The translations under genes and the position numbers were made by a program. Positions 20,073 to 31,264 of a stretch of 64,000 nt of DNA are shown piece after piece. The stretch lies in the NCBI GenBank assembly GCA_017614315.1, contig JAGACA010000018.1:11944-75943 (forward strand). Reading direction: 5' to 3'. The notes below the pieces were generated by a model. It searched no databases. It was not told the DNA's origin and worked only from the letters and a program-made list of their open reading frames with translations. The stretch comes from Clostridia bacterium. GTDB lineage: Bacteria > Bacillota > Clostridia > Christensenellales > CAG-138. Within the stretch, counting starts at the first letter, position 1, and the number at the start of each line of letters is the position of its first letter.

Positions 20073-20294
20073 TTAGTTCTTCGCACGCCACGTGATGCGG
20101 CCGCGGGTGAGGTCATAGGGCGAAAGCTCGACAGTGACCTTGTCGCCGGTCAAGATGCGAATGAAGTTCTGACGAAGCTTGCCGGAGATCGTGGCAATTA
20201 TCTTATGCCCGTTCTCAAGCGTTACCTCAAACATGGTGTTGGGAAAGGTGTTGGTAACGACGCCTTCGACTTCGATAACATCCTGTTTGGACAT
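20073..20294 (-). CDS. infA: Translation initiation factor IF-1
   Basis: [70 protein letters not shown]. Confidence 0.95.
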   Translation of the reverse strand: MSKQDVIEVEGVVTNTFPNTMFEVTLENGHKIIATISGKLRQNFIRILTGDKVTVELSPYDLTRGRITWRAKN

Positions 20295-20307
20295 TCTAAT
20301 CTCCTTT

Positions 20308-20670
20308 TTATTTGATATCGGCCGGCGGATCAACTTGTCCGCCGAGTTCCTTTTTAAGCTGTTTGAGCGCATGAACGATAACCGAGTCGTCCACCCGGTC
20401 ACCGTTTGAAAGCGCTTTTCTTATTCCCTCGTCCGCCGCCTTGAGCACTATCACGTGCTTTCTCTTTTTGGACTTGGGTGAATCGATCCGGCGCGAACCT
20501 CCGTCCGCAAGGAGCACTTGCTCGCTGCCGTCGTCGTTTTTTCGCACGCCGACGACAAAATATATTTTGCCGGAATCATGCCCGCGAAGGCTTACAGCCG
20601 CGTGCCCGACGGGGTTTTTTGCCCCGTCCTCAACCGAGAAAAGGCCATTTTTGCAGAAAAATCCGCGCAT
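20308..20670 (-). CDS. KOW-domain RNA-binding protein (conserved small gene between map and infA in Clostridia)
   Basis: The start MRGFF is preceded by GGAGGT. The ...[13 protein letters not shown]... segment is KOW-like. Confidence 0.65.
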   Translation of the reverse strand: MRGFFCKNGLFSVEDGAKNPVGHAAVSLRGHDSGKIYFVVGVRKNDDGSEQVLLADGGSRRIDSPKSKKRKHVIVLKAADEGIRKALSNGDRVDDSVIVHALKQLKKELGGQVDPPADIK

Positions 20671-20723
20671 TTTGGCACCTCCGTTCGGTTTGAATGACGC
20701 AACTGATTTATGATAGCACAAAA

Positions 20724-21497
20724 CTATACCAATGTCAAGACCTCGTGGGAATCTTTTCCGACAATAATCGTATTCTCGTAATGGGCGCTGGGCTTGCCGT
20801 CGGCGGTGAACGCCGTCCAGCCGTCCTTGGCTATCACGAGCTTCCATGTACCGAGGCTGATCATCGGCTCTATGGCAAGGGTCATGCCCGCCTCGAGCTT
20901 TAAGCCCTTGCCCATGCGGGGATCGACGTAGTTGGGCACCTCGGGCGGCTCATGCATGCGGGAGCCTATGCCATGACCGACCATTTCCCTTATGACGCCG
21001 TAGCCGTATTCCTTCGCGTGATCCTCGATCGCCCTCGCTATATCGATGAGGTGATTGCCTTCCACCGCCTGCTCCGCGCCGAGAAAGAAGCACTCCCTCG
21101 TCACCTCGACGAGCTTTCTTACCTCGTCGGGAACGTCGCCGACGAGGAATGTCCTCGCGGCGTCGCCGTGCCAGCCGTCGACTATCGCGCCGCAGTCCAC
21201 GGATATGATGTCGCCGTCCTTAAGCCTGCGCTTTTTGGACGGTATGCCGTGAACGACGACCTCGTTGATCGAGGTGCAGATCGACGCGGGGAATCCGTTA
21301 TAGCCCAGAAAGGACGGAACTCCGCCGTTTTTTCTTATGAACGCTTCGGCTTCATGGTCGAGATCCCAGGTGGATACGCCCACCCCGACGAGCTTTTCAA
21401 GATGGTTCAGCGTCTCGCCGACGAGTCTGCCGGCGACGCGCATCTTCTCTAGCTGGGAAGCGGATTTTATCGTAACTCTTTCGGTCATTTTGTTCAC
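20724..21497 (-). CDS. map: Type I methionine aminopeptidase
   Basis: ...VVHGIPS...GDIISVDCG....GWHGDAARTF...HGIG..MHE.P. Confidence 0.93.
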   Translation of the reverse strand: MNKMTERVTIKSASQLEKMRVAGRLVGETLNHLEKLVGVGVSTWDLDHEAEAFIRKNGGVPSFLGYNGFPASICTSINEVVVHGIPSKKRRLKDGDIISVDCGAIVDGWHGDAARTFLVGDVPDEVRKLVEVTRECFFLGAEQAVEGNHLIDIARAIEDHAKEYGYGVIREMVGHGIGSRMHEPPEVPNYVDPRMGKGLKLEAGMTLAIEPMISLGTWKLVIAKDGWTAFTADGKPSAHYENTIIVGKDSHEVLTLV

Positions 21498-22126
21498 TCG
21501 AACAGCTCGAAGATGCTGTCTGCGACCTCGTCCATGCTCTTGTCGCCGTCGACGCGCGAAAGGAGCTCCCTGGCCTCGAAGAAATCGATGAGCGGGAAAG
21601 TCTGCTCCGCGTATACGTTGAGGCGGTGCTGCACAGTCTCGGGCCTGTCGTCGTCGCGCGCGATGAGCTTCGTGCCGCAGTCGAGACAGGTGTATCCGCC
21701 GTCCTCATCCGGCTCGAGAACATCGACGGTGTAGGTGCGCTTGCAGTTGGGGCACACGCGGCGCTTTGACATACGGCCGACGATGGATTCGTCGGGTACC
21801 TCGATGCAGACCGCGCGGTCGATGCCCGTGAAGCCCATTAGGCTCTCCGCCTGCGCTATGGTGCGGGGGAAGCCGTCGAGCAGGAATCCGTTCTCGCAGT
21901 CGGGCATGCCGATGCGGTTCTTGACCATGCCGATGATGATCTCATCGGGAACGAGCTCGCCCCTGTCGATCAGGGATTTCGCCTCGACTCCAAGGGGTGT
22001 TTCGGCCTTGATCTCGGCTCTGAGCATATCGCCGGTCGAGATGTGCGCGATGGAATAGCGCTCGGCTATCCTTTCGGCCTGCGTGCCTTTGCCTGCGCCC
22101 GGCGGGCCCAAGAGGATCAGTTTCAT
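21494..22126 (-). CDS. adk: Adenylate kinase (Zn-lid type)
   Basis: MKLILLGPPGAGKGTQA P-loop and a CPNC...CLDCG zinc lid. Confidence 0.95.
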   Translation of the reverse strand: MKLILLGPPGAGKGTQAERIAERYSIAHISTGDMLRAEIKAETPLGVEAKSLIDRGELVPDEIIIGMVKNRIGMPDCENGFLLDGFPRTIAQAESLMGFTGIDRAVCIEVPDESIVGRMSKRRVCPNCKRTYTVDVLEPDEDGGYTCLDCGTKLIARDDDRPETVQHRLNVYAEQTFPLIDFFEARELLSRVDGDKSMDEVADSIFELFE

Positions 22127-22163
22127 ATGTTGGAGGTCTCCTTCCCGTAGTTGGATTTGATAA

Positions 22164-22234
22164 CAGTTAAGAGTTGGGATCCGGGAGTTGGTATGCAGCG
22201 CTCAGCTTCTCGCTCCTTATTTCTCACTTCTGAC
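22164..22234. repeat. Copy B of the AACTC-unit palindromic repeat family, inside the secY-adk spacer
   Basis: cagttaagagttgggatccgggagttgg...ctccttatttctcacttctgac. It shares the terminal AACTCTTAAC-GTT motif with copy A, in reverse complement. Confidence 0.55.
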
Positions 22235-22250
22235 TTTAATCAAGCACCAA

Positions 22251-22281
22251 GCGGTTTTGCGGCAAAAAGCCGCAAAACCGC
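22251..22281. repeat. Perfect 13-bp stem hairpin in the secY-adk spacer
   Basis: gcggttttgcggc-aaaaa-gccgcaaaaccgc. Confidence 0.8.
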
Positions 22282-22360
22282 AGGTTTTGGATCAACATTT
22301 CCGTTAGGACGCGAGAAAGACCCATTGGGGGTCTCCCGCCCTCGGCCGGTCCTGTCGGGA

Positions 22361-23731
22361 TCAACCGAGGAAGCCCTTGTAATGACGCATCAGCAGGAGC
22401 GAATCGAGCTGCTCGGCTGTCTCGAGGGCGACGCTGACCATAATGAGGATACTGGTCGCACCGAAGTGGCTGAGAAGGTCGATACCGAGGACGTTGAGCA
22501 GTATGGACGGGATTATCGCGATCAGGCAGAGGTAGAGCGCGCCGAACATTGTCAGGCGGCTGGACTTCTTCTGCAGGTAATCGCTGGTGGGCTTACCGGG
22601 GCGAATGCCGGGGATGAAGCCGCCGTTCTGCTGCAGGTTCTTGGAGATGTCCACGGGGTTGAAGCTGATGGACGAATAGAAGTACGCGAAGGCGATGATC
22701 AGGAGCCCGTAGAGAACGTTGTAGATGATAACGCCCGCGACGTTCGTAGAAGACGAGCTCAGATACGTGCTGACGAACTTGGGGAAGCCCGCGCTGGAAT
22801 CCGCCCAGAACTGAGCGATCATAGCGGGGACCTGCAGGAGCGTCATGGCAAAGATCAGCGGCATAACGCCGTTGGCATTCGCCTTCATCGGGATGTGGGT
22901 GGACTGACCGCCGTAAAGCTTACGTCCAACTACACGCTTTGCGTACTGTACCGGCACGCGGCGGACCGCCTTATCGACAAGGCAGATGCCTACGACCAGT
23001 ATGATGGTGACTGCGAGAGCCACAAGGGGTACCCACCAGCGGATCAGACCGCCGTGCTGCGTATCGATAGTCGCCCAGGGGAGGATCTCCCAATAGCGGA
23101 ATATCCTTACGAACACGTCGGGGATCGAGGCCACGATCGAGGCGAAGATCAGCATTGAAATACCGTTGCCGACGCCCTTCTCGGTGATGCGCTCGCCCGT
23201 CCACATAAGGAACGCGGTACCTGCCGTACAGCAGATAGCGATGGTGATGTAGGTGAATACCTCGTTGACCTTCGAATCCTTAAAGAGCGAGATGACATTG
23301 AGGATGCTCTCGCCGCCGGAGCTCTGGGAGAGGTTCTGAAGGGTGACGATGATGGTGATCGACTGCACGGCGGCAAGGCCGATACCGACGTAGCGGGTGA
23401 TCTTTTCGATCTTTTCCCTGCCGTCGTCCTCCTTTGAAAGACGCTCGAGAGCGGGGATCGCGATGGTCAGGAGCTGCACGATAATGGAACCCGTGATGTA
23501 CGGGGAGATACCCATTGCGAACAGCGAGAACTGGCTTAAGCTGCCGCCGCTGAAGAGGTTCAGGAACCCCAGAAGGTCATAGTTCTCGATGTTGGCGGCA
23601 AGCGCGGTGGCGTTGACGCCCGGGATCGGGATGAACGATCCGAAACGGTAGATGACGATGAGCAGGAGGGTGAAGAGCATCTTTGTGCGGATGTCCTTGA
23701 CCTTCCATGCGTTGAAGAATGTCTTAAACAT
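22361..23731 (-). CDS. secY: Preprotein translocase subunit SecY
   Basis: 456 aa, 10-TM pattern with the ...LFAMGISPYITGSIIVQLL... motif. Confidence 0.95.
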   Translation of the reverse strand: MFKTFFNAWKVKDIRTKMLFTLLLIVIYRFGSFIPIPGVNATALAANIENYDLLGFLNLFSGGSLSQFSLFAMGISPYITGSIIVQLLTIAIPALERLSKEDDGREKIEKITRYVGIGLAAVQSITIIVTLQNLSQSSGGESILNVISLFKDSKVNEVFTYITIAICCTAGTAFLMWTGERITEKGVGNGISMLIFASIVASIPDVFVRIFRYWEILPWATIDTQHGGLIRWWVPLVALAVTIILVVGICLVDKAVRRVPVQYAKRVVGRKLYGGQSTHIPMKANANGVMPLIFAMTLLQVPAMIAQFWADSSAGFPKFVSTYLSSSSTNVAGVIIYNVLYGLLIIAFAYFYSSISFNPVDISKNLQQNGGFIPGIRPGKPTSDYLQKKSSRLTMFGALYLCLIAIIPSILLNVLGIDLLSHFGATSILIMVSVALETAEQLDSLLLMRHYKGFLG

Positions 23732-24171
23732 TACTCCACCTCAACAGTTCCGCCGGCAGCAACGATAGCGTTACGGGCTGATTCCGAAACTTTAGCTGCC
23801 TTGACAGTAAGTTTCTTGGTAAGCTTGCCACGACCCAGAACTTTGAGTCCGTCCTTTTCGATCTTGCGGATCACGCCTGCCTCATGGAGGAGCTCGGCGG
23901 TAATCACGGCGTCGTTATCAAACTGCTCGAGTACCTCGATGTTGATAACAGTGTACTCTTTGGCGAAGTTGTTGTAGAAACCGCGCTTCGGGAGCCTGCG
24001 GGTAAGGGGCATCTGGCCGCCCTCGAAACCGTTCTTCTTGCTTCCGGAACGTGCCTTCTGACCCTTGTGACCATAGCCGGACGTCTTACCGAGGCCGGAG
24101 CCCGTGCCGCGACCGACACGACGCTTGGCGGTGGTGGAACCGTAAGTAGGCTGTAACTCGTGAAGTTTCAT
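23731..24171 (-). CDS. rplO: 50S ribosomal protein L15
   Basis: MKLHELQP....[28 protein letters not shown]. Confidence 0.95.
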   Translation of the reverse strand: MKLHELQPTYGSTTAKRRVGRGTGSGLGKTSGYGHKGQKARSGSKKNGFEGGQMPLTRRLPKRGFYNNFAKEYTVINIEVLEQFDNDAVITAELLHEAGVIRKIEKDGLKVLGRGKLTKKLTVKAAKVSESARNAIVAAGGTVEVE

Positions 24172-24184
24172 GCTGCACCTCCAA

Positions 24185-24364
24185 TCAGACTTCTTCCACC
24201 TTGACAAGGTGCTTTACTTTGAAGATCATGCCGCGGATGCAGGCGTTGTCGGGCTTGATGACCGTGGAGTGCATCTTGTGAAGGCCGAGGGCCTTTACCG
24301 TTGCCTGCTGATCCTTTAATGCGCCAATGGTCGATTTGACCAGTTCGATCTTAAGGTTTGCCAT
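24185..24364 (-). CDS. rpmD: 50S ribosomal protein L30
   Basis: [28 protein letters not shown]. Confidence 0.93.
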   Translation of the reverse strand: MANLKIELVKSTIGALKDQQATVKALGLHKMHSTVIKPDNACIRGMIFKVKHLVKVEEV

Positions 24365-24377
24365 AGTTCTTCCCCCC

Positions 24378-24887
24378 TTACTCGGTGATCTCGGCAACGG
24401 TCTTGCCGCGAAGCTTCGCGATCTGCTCGGCAGTCCTGAGCTGCATGAGACCGTCAATGGTTGCCTTTACGCAGTTGGCGGGGTTGTTGGAACCATAGCT
24501 CTTGGTGCGGATGTCCTTGACGCCGGCCATCTCGAGGACGGCGCGGACGGGACCGCCCGCGATAACGCCGGTACCTTCTTCAGCGGGGAGCATGCGGACA
24601 TGACCCTTGCCGAACTTTCCCTCAACGGCGTGGGGGATGGTGGTCCCCACGATGGGAACGTTGATGAGATGACGCTTTGCATCCTCGACGCCCTTGCGGA
24701 CTGCTTCGGGGATCTCGGCTGCTTTGCCGGTGCCTACGCCTACCCTGCCCTTTTCATCGCCGATGACGATGAGCGCGGCGAAACGGAAGGTGCGGCCGCC
24801 CTTGACGACCTTGGCAACGCGGTTGACCGCTACAAGGCGCTCCTGAAATTCCGGTACTTCCGGAGTGAAGTTACGCTTCTGCTGCAT
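24378..24887 (-). CDS. rpsE: 30S ribosomal protein S5
   Basis: ...[41 protein letters not shown]. Confidence 0.95.
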   Translation of the reverse strand: MQQKRNFTPEVPEFQERLVAVNRVAKVVKGGRTFRFAALIVIGDEKGRVGVGTGKAAEIPEAVRKGVEDAKRHLINVPIVGTTIPHAVEGKFGKGHVRMLPAEEGTGVIAGGPVRAVLEMAGVKDIRTKSYGSNNPANCVKATIDGLMQLRTAEQIAKLRGKTVAEITE

Positions 24888-24900
24888 ATAAAGTACCTCC

Positions 24901-25269
24901 TTAGAAATCCAGGCCACCCTTGCGGGCGCCGTTTGCCAGAGCCTCGACACGACCGGTATAGAGATAACCGCCGCGGTCGAAAACGACCTTTTCGACGCCC
25001 TTGTCCTTGGCGCGCTTGGCAACGGTCTCACCGACGAGCTCGGCAGCCTGCTTCTTGTCCTTACCGTCGAGCTGAGCGATGATCTCGGGCTCTACGGTGG
25101 ACGCGGCGGCGATGGTGACGCCGTTAACGTCGTCGATGACCTGAGCGTAGATGTGCTTCAAGCTGCGGTATACGTTGAGACGGGGACGCTCGGAGGTCCC
25201 GCTGAAATAGCTGCGGAGACGTTCATGACGCTTTACCCTGACAGCATTCTTATCGATCTTACTTATCAT
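24901..25269 (-). CDS. rplR: 50S ribosomal protein L18
   Basis: ...[20 protein letters not shown]... and ...[25 protein letters not shown]. Confidence 0.95.
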   Translation of the reverse strand: MISKIDKNAVRVKRHERLRSYFSGTSERPRLNVYRSLKHIYAQVIDDVNGVTIAAASTVEPEIIAQLDGKDKKQAAELVGETVAKRAKDKGVEKVVFDRGGYLYTGRVEALANGARKGGLDF

Positions 25270-25281
25270 ACTGTACCTCCA

Positions 25282-25818
25282 TTACTTACCCGTCTTACCG
25301 ACCTTGCGGCGTACGAACTCGCCGGCATAGCGGATACCCTTGCCCTTGTAAGGCTCGGGCGGGCGGACCTCGCGGACGTCGGCAGCGATCTGGCCGACCT
25401 TCTGCTTGGAGATGCCCTTAACGGTGATCCTGTTGGGAGCGGGAACGTCAAAGGTGATGCCATCCTTCTCCTCGAACTCGACGTTGTGGGAATAGCCGAC
25501 CGTAAGAACGAGCTTGTTGCCGCTCTTGGCAGCCTTGTAACCGGTACCCTCGATCTCAAGCTTCTTTTCGAAGCCCTCGGTCACGCCGATGACCATGTTA
25601 TTGATAAGCGTACGGGTGAGTCCGTGCAGGGCGCGATCCTGCTTTTCATCGGTGGGGCGGGTCACCTTGAGGGTGCCGTTCTCCTCTTCGATGTTCATGC
25701 GGGGGGATATCTTCTCCGAAAGCTGTCCCTTGGGGCCCTTGACGGTCACGACGCTGTTCTCGACCGTGATTGTCACTCCGTTGGGTACGGTTATCGGATG
25801 TTTTCCGATTCGAGACAT
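25282..25818 (-). CDS. rplF: 50S ribosomal protein L6
   Basis: [17 protein letters not shown]...VTVKGPKG. Confidence 0.95.
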   Translation of the reverse strand: MSRIGKHPITVPNGVTITVENSVVTVKGPKGQLSEKISPRMNIEEENGTLKVTRPTDEKQDRALHGLTRTLINNMVIGVTEGFEKKLEIEGTGYKAAKSGNKLVLTVGYSHNVEFEEKDGITFDVPAPNRITVKGISKQKVGQIAADVREVRPPEPYKGKGIRYAGEFVRRKVGKTGK

Positions 25819-25842
25819 GTTTTACCTCCAGTTATATTTGTC

Positions 25843-26241
25843 TTACCAGATGTAGGCGAGAACTTCGCCGCCTACGCCCTGTTTCCTTGCTTCGCGGTCG
25901 GTCATGATGCCCTTCGAGGTGGAGATGATGGCGATTCCGAGGCCGTTGAGGACCTTGGGGAGCCTATCCTTCCTCGCATAGACGCGGAGACCGGGCTTGG
26001 AGATGCGCTTTAAGCCGGTGATGACGCGCTGACGGTTGGGACCGTACTTAAGAACGATGTTCATCATCTTCTCAACGCCCTCTTCATTCACGGAGTAGGA
26101 CTTGATGTAGCCTTCGTTAAGGAGAATCTCGGCGATGGCGAGCTTCATGTTGGAAGCGGGCACATCGACGGTTTCGTGCTTTGCAACCAGCGCATTCCTG
26201 ATGCGGGTGAGCATATCTGCAATAGGATCAGTAGTAAGCAT
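25843..26241 (-). CDS. rpsH: 30S ribosomal protein S8
   Basis: [17 protein letters not shown]. Confidence 0.95.
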   Translation of the reverse strand: MLTTDPIADMLTRIRNALVAKHETVDVPASNMKLAIAEILLNEGYIKSYSVNEEGVEKMMNIVLKYGPNRQRVITGLKRISKPGLRVYARKDRLPKVLNGLGIAIISTSKGIMTDREARKQGVGGEVLAYIW

Positions 26242-26259
26242 AATTATCCTCCTTAAAGA

Positions 26260-26445
26260 TTACCAGCTGGCCTTGCGGACGCCGGGGATCTCGCCCTTGT
26301 ATGCGAGCTCGCGGAAGCAGATACGGCATACGCCGTACTTCCTGAGGACGCTGTGGGGACGGCCGCAGATGCGGCAGCGGGTATACGCCCTTGTGGAAAA
26401 TTTGGGTTCACGCTGCTGCTTGAGCTTCATTGATGTCTTAGCCAT
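26260..26445 (-). CDS. rpsN: 30S ribosomal protein S14, type Z (zinc-binding)
   Basis: 61 aa with [23 protein letters not shown]. Confidence 0.95.
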   Translation of the reverse strand: MAKTSMKLKQQREPKFSTRAYTRCRICGRPHSVLRKYGVCRICFRELAYKGEIPGVRKASW

Positions 26446-26460
26446 TTATGTACCCTCCTC

Positions 26461-27084
26461 TTAGGCGTTGATGTTGCCGAAAGGCATACCGAAGAGCTTA
26501 AGGAGCTCCTTGGCCTCTTCGTCGGTATTGGCGGTCGTTACGAAAACGATGTCCATACCGCGTACCTTGTCGACGTCGTCATAGTTGATCTCGGGGAAGA
26601 TGAGCTGCTCTTTGACGCCCATTGCATAGTTGCCGCGGCCGTCAAAGCTTACGTCGCTCACGCCGCGGAAGTCGCGGACGCGGGGCAGAACGATGTTCAT
26701 CAGCTTATCCATGAAGTAGTACATGCGGTCGCCGCGGAGGGTGACCTTTGCGCCGATGTTCATGCCCTGACGGACCTTGAAGTTCGCAACGGACTTCTTG
26801 GCCTTGGTGACGACGGGCTTCTGACCGGCGATCTGGCCGAGCTGCTCAAGAGCGGCGTCGATGGCCTTGGGGTTATCCTTATCGGAACCGAGACCCATGT
26901 TGAGGACGATCTTCTCGAGCTTGGGGATCATCATGGGATTAGCGTAGTTGAACTTCTCCTGGAGAGCGGGAACTACCTCTTCCTTATATTTGACCCTGAG
27001 GCGGGCGGGCTCGGTGAAAGCAGCGGCTTCCTGAGCGGACTTTTTCTTCTTGGCAGGAGCCTGTTCCTGATTATTCTTTGCCAT
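26461..27084 (-). CDS. rplE: 50S ribosomal protein L5 (with Lys/Ala-rich N-terminal extension)
   Basis: ...[35 protein letters not shown]. Confidence 0.93.
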   Translation of the reverse strand: MAKNNQEQAPAKKKKSAQEAAAFTEPARLRVKYKEEVVPALQEKFNYANPMMIPKLEKIVLNMGLGSDKDNPKAIDAALEQLGQIAGQKPVVTKAKKSVANFKVRQGMNIGAKVTLRGDRMYYFMDKLMNIVLPRVRDFRGVSDVSFDGRGNYAMGVKEQLIFPEINYDDVDKVRGMDIVFVTTANTDEEAKELLKLFGMPFGNINA

Positions 27085-27098
27085 TATCCCTTTCCTCC

Positions 27099-27428
27099 TC
27101 AGTCGATGTTCTTGCCGCAGTTCTTGCAGACGCGGACTTTCTTCGTGCCGTCCTTGCCCTCAACGAAGGTATGACCGACACGGGTGGGCTTTTTGCAGGA
27201 GGGGCAGACCAGCATGACGTTGGACACATGGATGCTGCCTTCCTTCTCGATTCTGCCGCCCTCCTGACCCTGCTGACGGGGCTTTGTGTGGCGGATGACC
27301 ATTGCACGACCCTGTACGAAAACGCGCTCTTTTTCGGGATCGACCTTCAGAACCTTACCGGTGCGGCCGACGTCCTTGAGGTTGTTTCCGGCAATTACCA
27401 TTACGGTGTCGCCTTTTTTGATGTTCAT
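27099..27428 (-). CDS. rplX: 50S ribosomal protein L24 (with C-terminal CxxC...CxxC zinc ribbon)
   Basis: [27 protein letters not shown]... plus C-terminal CPSC...CKNC. Confidence 0.93.
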   Translation of the reverse strand: MNIKKGDTVMVIAGNNLKDVGRTGKVLKVDPEKERVFVQGRAMVIRHTKPRQQGQEGGRIEKEGSIHVSNVMLVCPSCKKPTRVGHTFVEGKDGTKKVRVCKNCGKNID

Positions 27429-27440
27429 AGTTTCTCCTCC

Positions 27441-27809
27441 TTACAGAACCTCGGGTGCGAGGGAGACTATCTTCATATAGTCTTTTTCACGGAGCTCCCT
27501 GGCGACCGGCCCGAAGATACGGGTGCCGCGGGGCTGCTTCTGATCGTTGATGATGACTGCCGCGTTATCGTCGAAGCGGATGTGCGAACCGTCATGGCGC
27601 TGGACGCCGGTCACAGTGCGGACGACGACGGCCTTGACGACATCCTTCTTTTTGACGGCGCCGCCGGGGGTAGCCGTCTTGACGGAAGCGACGATCACGT
27701 CACCGATGCTGGCGAACTTCCTCTTGGAGCCGCCCAGCACACGGATACACATGATCTCCTTAGCGCCGGAATTATCGGCGACCTTTAACCTTGTCTGTGG
27801 CTGAATCAT
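27441..27809 (-). CDS. rplN: 50S ribosomal protein L14
   Basis: [28 protein letters not shown]. Confidence 0.95.
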   Translation of the reverse strand: MIQPQTRLKVADNSGAKEIMCIRVLGGSKRKFASIGDVIVASVKTATPGGAVKKKDVVKAVVVRTVTGVQRHDGSHIRFDDNAAVIINDQKQPRGTRIFGPVARELREKDYMKIVSLAPEVL

Positions 27810-27824
27810 AATTTACCTCCAAGA

Positions 27825-28097
27825 TTACTTAGCCTTTTCGATGATCTCGACGACGCGCCAGCGCTTATCCTTGGACAGCGGACGGGTCTCCATGATGCGG
27901 ACGATATCGCCTTCGCCGCATTCATTCTTCTCATCGTGAGCCTTGAACTTCGTGGTCTTGTTGACCATCTTGCCGTAGAGGGGGTGACGGACCTTGGTAC
28001 GGACGGCGACGACAACGGTCTTATCCATCTTGTCGCTGATGACGATACCGGTGCGGGTCTTGCGGTAACCCCTTACGAGGGTTTCATTGTTTTCCAT
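27825..28097 (-). CDS. rpsQ: 30S ribosomal protein S17
   Basis: ...[21 protein letters not shown]......HPLYGK. Confidence 0.95.
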   Translation of the reverse strand: MENNETLVRGYRKTRTGIVISDKMDKTVVVAVRTKVRHPLYGKMVNKTTKFKAHDEKNECGEGDIVRIMETRPLSKDKRWRVVEIIEKAK

Positions 28098-28115
28098 TAT
28101 CGTTTACCTCCCTCA

Positions 28116-28325
28116 TTATTTTGCGGCGGCGATCGCGCGCTCGGTGATCACGGTCTTGACCTGAGCGATGTCGCGCTTTACCTGCTTAAGCCTCATCGGG
28201 TTCGCAAGCTGGCCGACCGCCTGCTGGAAGCGGAGATTGAAAAGCTCTTCCTTGAGCTCTTTTTCTTTAGCCTGGAGCTCCTCGACGGACATCTCCCTGA
28301 GCTTCTGGAATTCCTTAGTCTTCAT
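28116..28325 (-). CDS. rpmC: 50S ribosomal protein L29
   Basis: ...[22 protein letters not shown]. Confidence 0.93.
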   Translation of the reverse strand: MKTKEFQKLREMSVEELQAKEKELKEELFNLRFQQAVGQLANPMRLKQVKRDIAQVKTVITERAIAAAK

Positions 28326-28746
28326 TGGCCTTCTCCTCCACTACTCTTTTCACGATCTTGCACTTGAGGGGCAGCTTGTGCATGGCAAGGCGGAGCGCTT
28401 CGCGGCTCGTTGCCTCGTCGGTGCCGGCGATCTCGAACATAACGCGGCCGGGCTTGACGACTGCTACCCAGTACTCGGGCGAGCCCTTACCGGAACCCAT
28501 TCGGGTCTCGGCGGGTTTTTCGGTAACGGGCTTATCGGGGAAGATCTTGACCCAGACCTGACCGTTACGCTTGATGAAACGCGTCATGGCGACACGCGCT
28601 GCCTCGATCTGATTGCTGGTGACCCACGCGGGCTCCAGAGCAACAAGGCCGAATTCACCGTAGGTGATGGTATTGCCGCGGAGCGCGCGGCCCTTCATGC
28701 GGCCGCGATGGACTCTCCTGCGCTTAACTCTCTTAGGCATCAACAT
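28315..28746 (-). CDS. rplP: 50S ribosomal protein L16
   Basis: [23 protein letters not shown]. Confidence 0.95.
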   Translation of the reverse strand: MLMPKRVKRRRVHRGRMKGRALRGNTITYGEFGLVALEPAWVTSNQIEAARVAMTRFIKRNGQVWVKIFPDKPVTEKPAETRMGSGKGSPEYWVAVVKPGRVMFEIAGTDEATSREALRLAMHKLPLKCKIVKRVVEEKANED

Positions 28747-28760
28747 GGTTATTCGCCTCC

Positions 28761-29411
28761 TTACGCTTTCTTGAGGTTCCTCTTGCCGAGGACCTCGCCC
28801 TTATAGATCCAAACCTTTACGCCGATGCGGCCGTAGGTGGTGGCAGCTTCGGCAAAGCCGTACTCGATGTCCGCGCGGATGGTCTGACGGGGAATGGAAC
28901 CGTCGTGGATATCCTCGCTCCTCGCGATCTCGGCGCCGCCGAGACGACCGGCACAGGTGATCTTGATGCCCTTCGCGCCCGCCTTCATAGCACGGCCCAT
29001 GGCCTGCTTCATGGCGCGGCGGAAGCTGGTGCGTTTCTCGAGAGCGCCCGCGATGTTCTCGGCGACGAGCTGCGCGCACGCGTCGGGATTGCGGATCTCC
29101 ATGATGTTGACGTTGACGGGACGGCCGACGAGATTCGCGAGATCTGCCTTGATGGCCTCGACACCTACGCCGCCCTTGCCGATCAGCATGCCGGGACGAG
29201 CGGTGAAGATGCTGACGGTCGCCTTATCGGCTGCGCGCTCGATCTCGATCTTCGAAACGCTTGCTTCATAATACTTCTTCTTAAGGAACTCGCGGATCTT
29301 GTGATCCTCGATGAGGAGATCCGAGAAATTCTTCTTGTTGGCATACCAACGGGTGTTCCAACCCCTGATAACGCCTACGCGGAAGCCATTAGGATTAACT
29401 TTCTGACCCAT
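28761..29411 (-). CDS. rpsC: 30S ribosomal protein S3
   Basis: [23 protein letters not shown]. Confidence 0.95.
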   Translation of the reverse strand: MGQKVNPNGFRVGVIRGWNTRWYANKKNFSDLLIEDHKIREFLKKKYYEASVSKIEIERAADKATVSIFTARPGMLIGKGGVGVEAIKADLANLVGRPVNVNIMEIRNPDACAQLVAENIAGALEKRTSFRRAMKQAMGRAMKAGAKGIKITCAGRLGGAEIARSEDIHDGSIPRQTIRADIEYGFAEAATTYGRIGVKVWIYKGEVLGKRNLKKA

Positions 29412-29414
29412 AAC

Positions 29415-29801
29415 TTACTCCTTCTCGTCCAAGATGACGGTGATGTGGCTGGTGCGCTTCCTGATGTGGAAGGCGGAACCCCTTGCCCTGGGGCGATAAC
29501 GCTTGAGCGTCGGGCCCTGATTGGCGTAGATCTCGGCAACGTAGAGATTGTCTTTGGAAAGCTCCATGTTGTTCTCGGCGTTCGCGATCGCGCTGCGCAG
29601 CAGCTTAAGAACGGGTTCGGCAGCAGCCTTGGGGGTGTAAAGGAGGATCGCCTCGGCATCCTCGACGGACTTGCCGCGGATGAGGTCGATGACGACCTTT
29701 ACCTTACGGGAGGAGATCCTGATGTACCTTGCGGTGGCATGGGGACGCTTTTCGGCGTTCTCACGGCGCTGTGCCGCTTTTTCTTTAGACCTTGTAGCCA
29801 T
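29415..29801 (-). CDS. rplV: 50S ribosomal protein L22
   Basis: ...[28 protein letters not shown]. Confidence 0.93.
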   Translation of the reverse strand: MATRSKEKAAQRRENAEKRPHATARYIRISSRKVKVVIDLIRGKSVEDAEAILLYTPKAAAEPVLKLLRSAIANAENNMELSKDNLYVAEIYANQGPTLKRYRPRARGSAFHIRKRTSHITVILDEKE

Positions 29802-29820
29802 AAATCATTATCCTCCTGTC

Positions 29821-30102
29821 TTATTTGCCCTTCGTCGTCTTCTCGGAGCCACGGTGGCCGCGGAAGGTGCGGGTGGGGGCGAACTCACCCAGCTTGTGAC
29901 CGACCATATCTTCGGTGATATAGACGGGAACGTGTTTCTTTCCGTCGTGAACGGCAATGGTGTGACCGACCATATCGGGGAAGATGGTCGAAGCCCTGGA
30001 CCAGGTCTTCAGGACGGTCTTTTTACCGGACTGGTTCATTTCCTGAATCTTGGCGAGGAGCCTTTCGGACACAAACGGTCCTTTTTTGACTGACCTACTC
30101 AT
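29821..30102 (-). CDS. rpsS: 30S ribosomal protein S19
   Basis: [11 protein letters not shown]...[46 protein letters not shown]. Confidence 0.95.
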   Translation of the reverse strand: MSRSVKKGPFVSERLLAKIQEMNQSGKKTVLKTWSRASTIFPDMVGHTIAVHDGKKHVPVYITEDMVGHKLGEFAPTRTFRGHRGSEKTTKGK

Positions 30103-30124
30103 TATTCATTATCCTCCCTCTTGA

Positions 30125-30958
30125 TTATTTGCCGTTCCTGCGGCGAATGATGAACTTGTCGTTGACGTTCTTGGTCTTGCGGGTCTTATGACCGAGAGCG
30201 GGTTTACCCCAGGGAGTAACGGGACCGGGACGACCGATCGGGCTCTTGCCCTCGCCGCCGCCGTGGGGGTGGTCGTTCGGGTTCATGACGGAACCGCGGA
30301 CCGTGGGACGGATGCCCATGTGGCGCTTGCGGCCGGCTTTGCCGAGCATGATGTTCGCAAAGTCGATGTTGCCGACCTGACCGATCGTGGCCTTACAGCC
30401 GAGGGGGATCAGACGAACTTCGCCGGAGGGGAGACGCACCTGAGCGTACTTGCCTTCCTTAGCCATGAGCTGAGCGGCGTTGCCCGCGCTCCTGACGAGC
30501 TGAGCGCCCTTGCCGGGGAGCAGCTCGATACAGTGGATCATGGTGCCGACGGGGATGTTCTTAAGGGGGATGGAGTTGCCGATCTTGATATCGGCGCCTT
30601 CGCCGGAAACGACGGTATCGCCGACGTTAAGGCCGAAGGGAGCGATGATGTAGCGCTTTTCGCCGTCCGCGTAATGGAGGAGAGCGATATTCGCAGAGCG
30701 GTTGGGATCGTACTCGATCGTGGCGACCTTCGCGGGGACGTTGTCCTTGTTGCGCTTGAAGTCGACGATGCGGTAGTAGACCCTGTTGCCGCCGCCGATG
30801 TGGCGGGTGGTGATGCGTCCGCGGTTATTGCGGCCGCCGGTGCGCTTCTTGGCCTCGAGCAGAGAACGCTCGGGCTTCGAACAGGTGATCTCCTCGTACA
30901 TGGAGACCGTCATGAAACGCTGGCCGGGGGTAGTGGGCTTTATTTTCCTGATAGCCAT
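30125..30958 (-). CDS. rplB: 50S ribosomal protein L2
   Basis: [15 protein letters not shown]... and ...[16 protein letters not shown]. Confidence 0.95.
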   Translation of the reverse strand: MAIRKIKPTTPGQRFMTVSMYEEITCSKPERSLLEAKKRTGGRNNRGRITTRHIGGGNRVYYRIVDFKRNKDNVPAKVATIEYDPNRSANIALLHYADGEKRYIIAPFGLNVGDTVVSGEGADIKIGNSIPLKNIPVGTMIHCIELLPGKGAQLVRSAGNAAQLMAKEGKYAQVRLPSGEVRLIPLGCKATIGQVGNIDFANIMLGKAGRKRHMGIRPTVRGSVMNPNDHPHGGGEGKSPIGRPGPVTPWGKPALGHKTRKTKNVNDKFIIRRRNGK

Positions 30959-30970
30959 CTTAACTCCTCC

Positions 30971-31264
30971 TTACTGCATGCTGTCGAAGAACTCGATACC
31001 CTTGGAGTCCTTCGCGAGCGTGACATAAGCCTTCTTGGTGGAGGCGGTGCGGCCCAGATAGCGGCCCTGCCTCTTGAGCTTGCCGTCCTTATTGACGATG
31101 TTGACCTTCTCGACCTTGACGCCCGGGAAGACAGCTTCGACGGCCTGCTTGACCTCGGTCCTGTTGGCCTTCTTGTCGACTACGAAGGTGTAGATCTTAT
31201 CGCCGATCATTTCGTAGGTCTTTTCGGTAAGGACCGGACGGATGATTATATCGTGGTAATTCAT
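30971..31264 (-). CDS. rplW: 50S ribosomal protein L23
   Basis: ...[13 protein letters not shown]....[22 protein letters not shown]. Confidence 0.93.
   Translation of the reverse strand: MNYHDIIIRPVLTEKTYEMIGDKIYTFVVDKKANRTEVKQAVEAVFPGVKVEKVNIVNKDGKLKRQGRYLGRTASTKKAYVTLAKDSKGIEFFDSMQ

Noticed and set aside
22151-23158. 335-aa + strand ORF over the secY-adk spacer and secY
   Set aside because: It lies antisense to secY and has no RBS or motifs. The spacer part is better explained by repeat and hairpin sequence.
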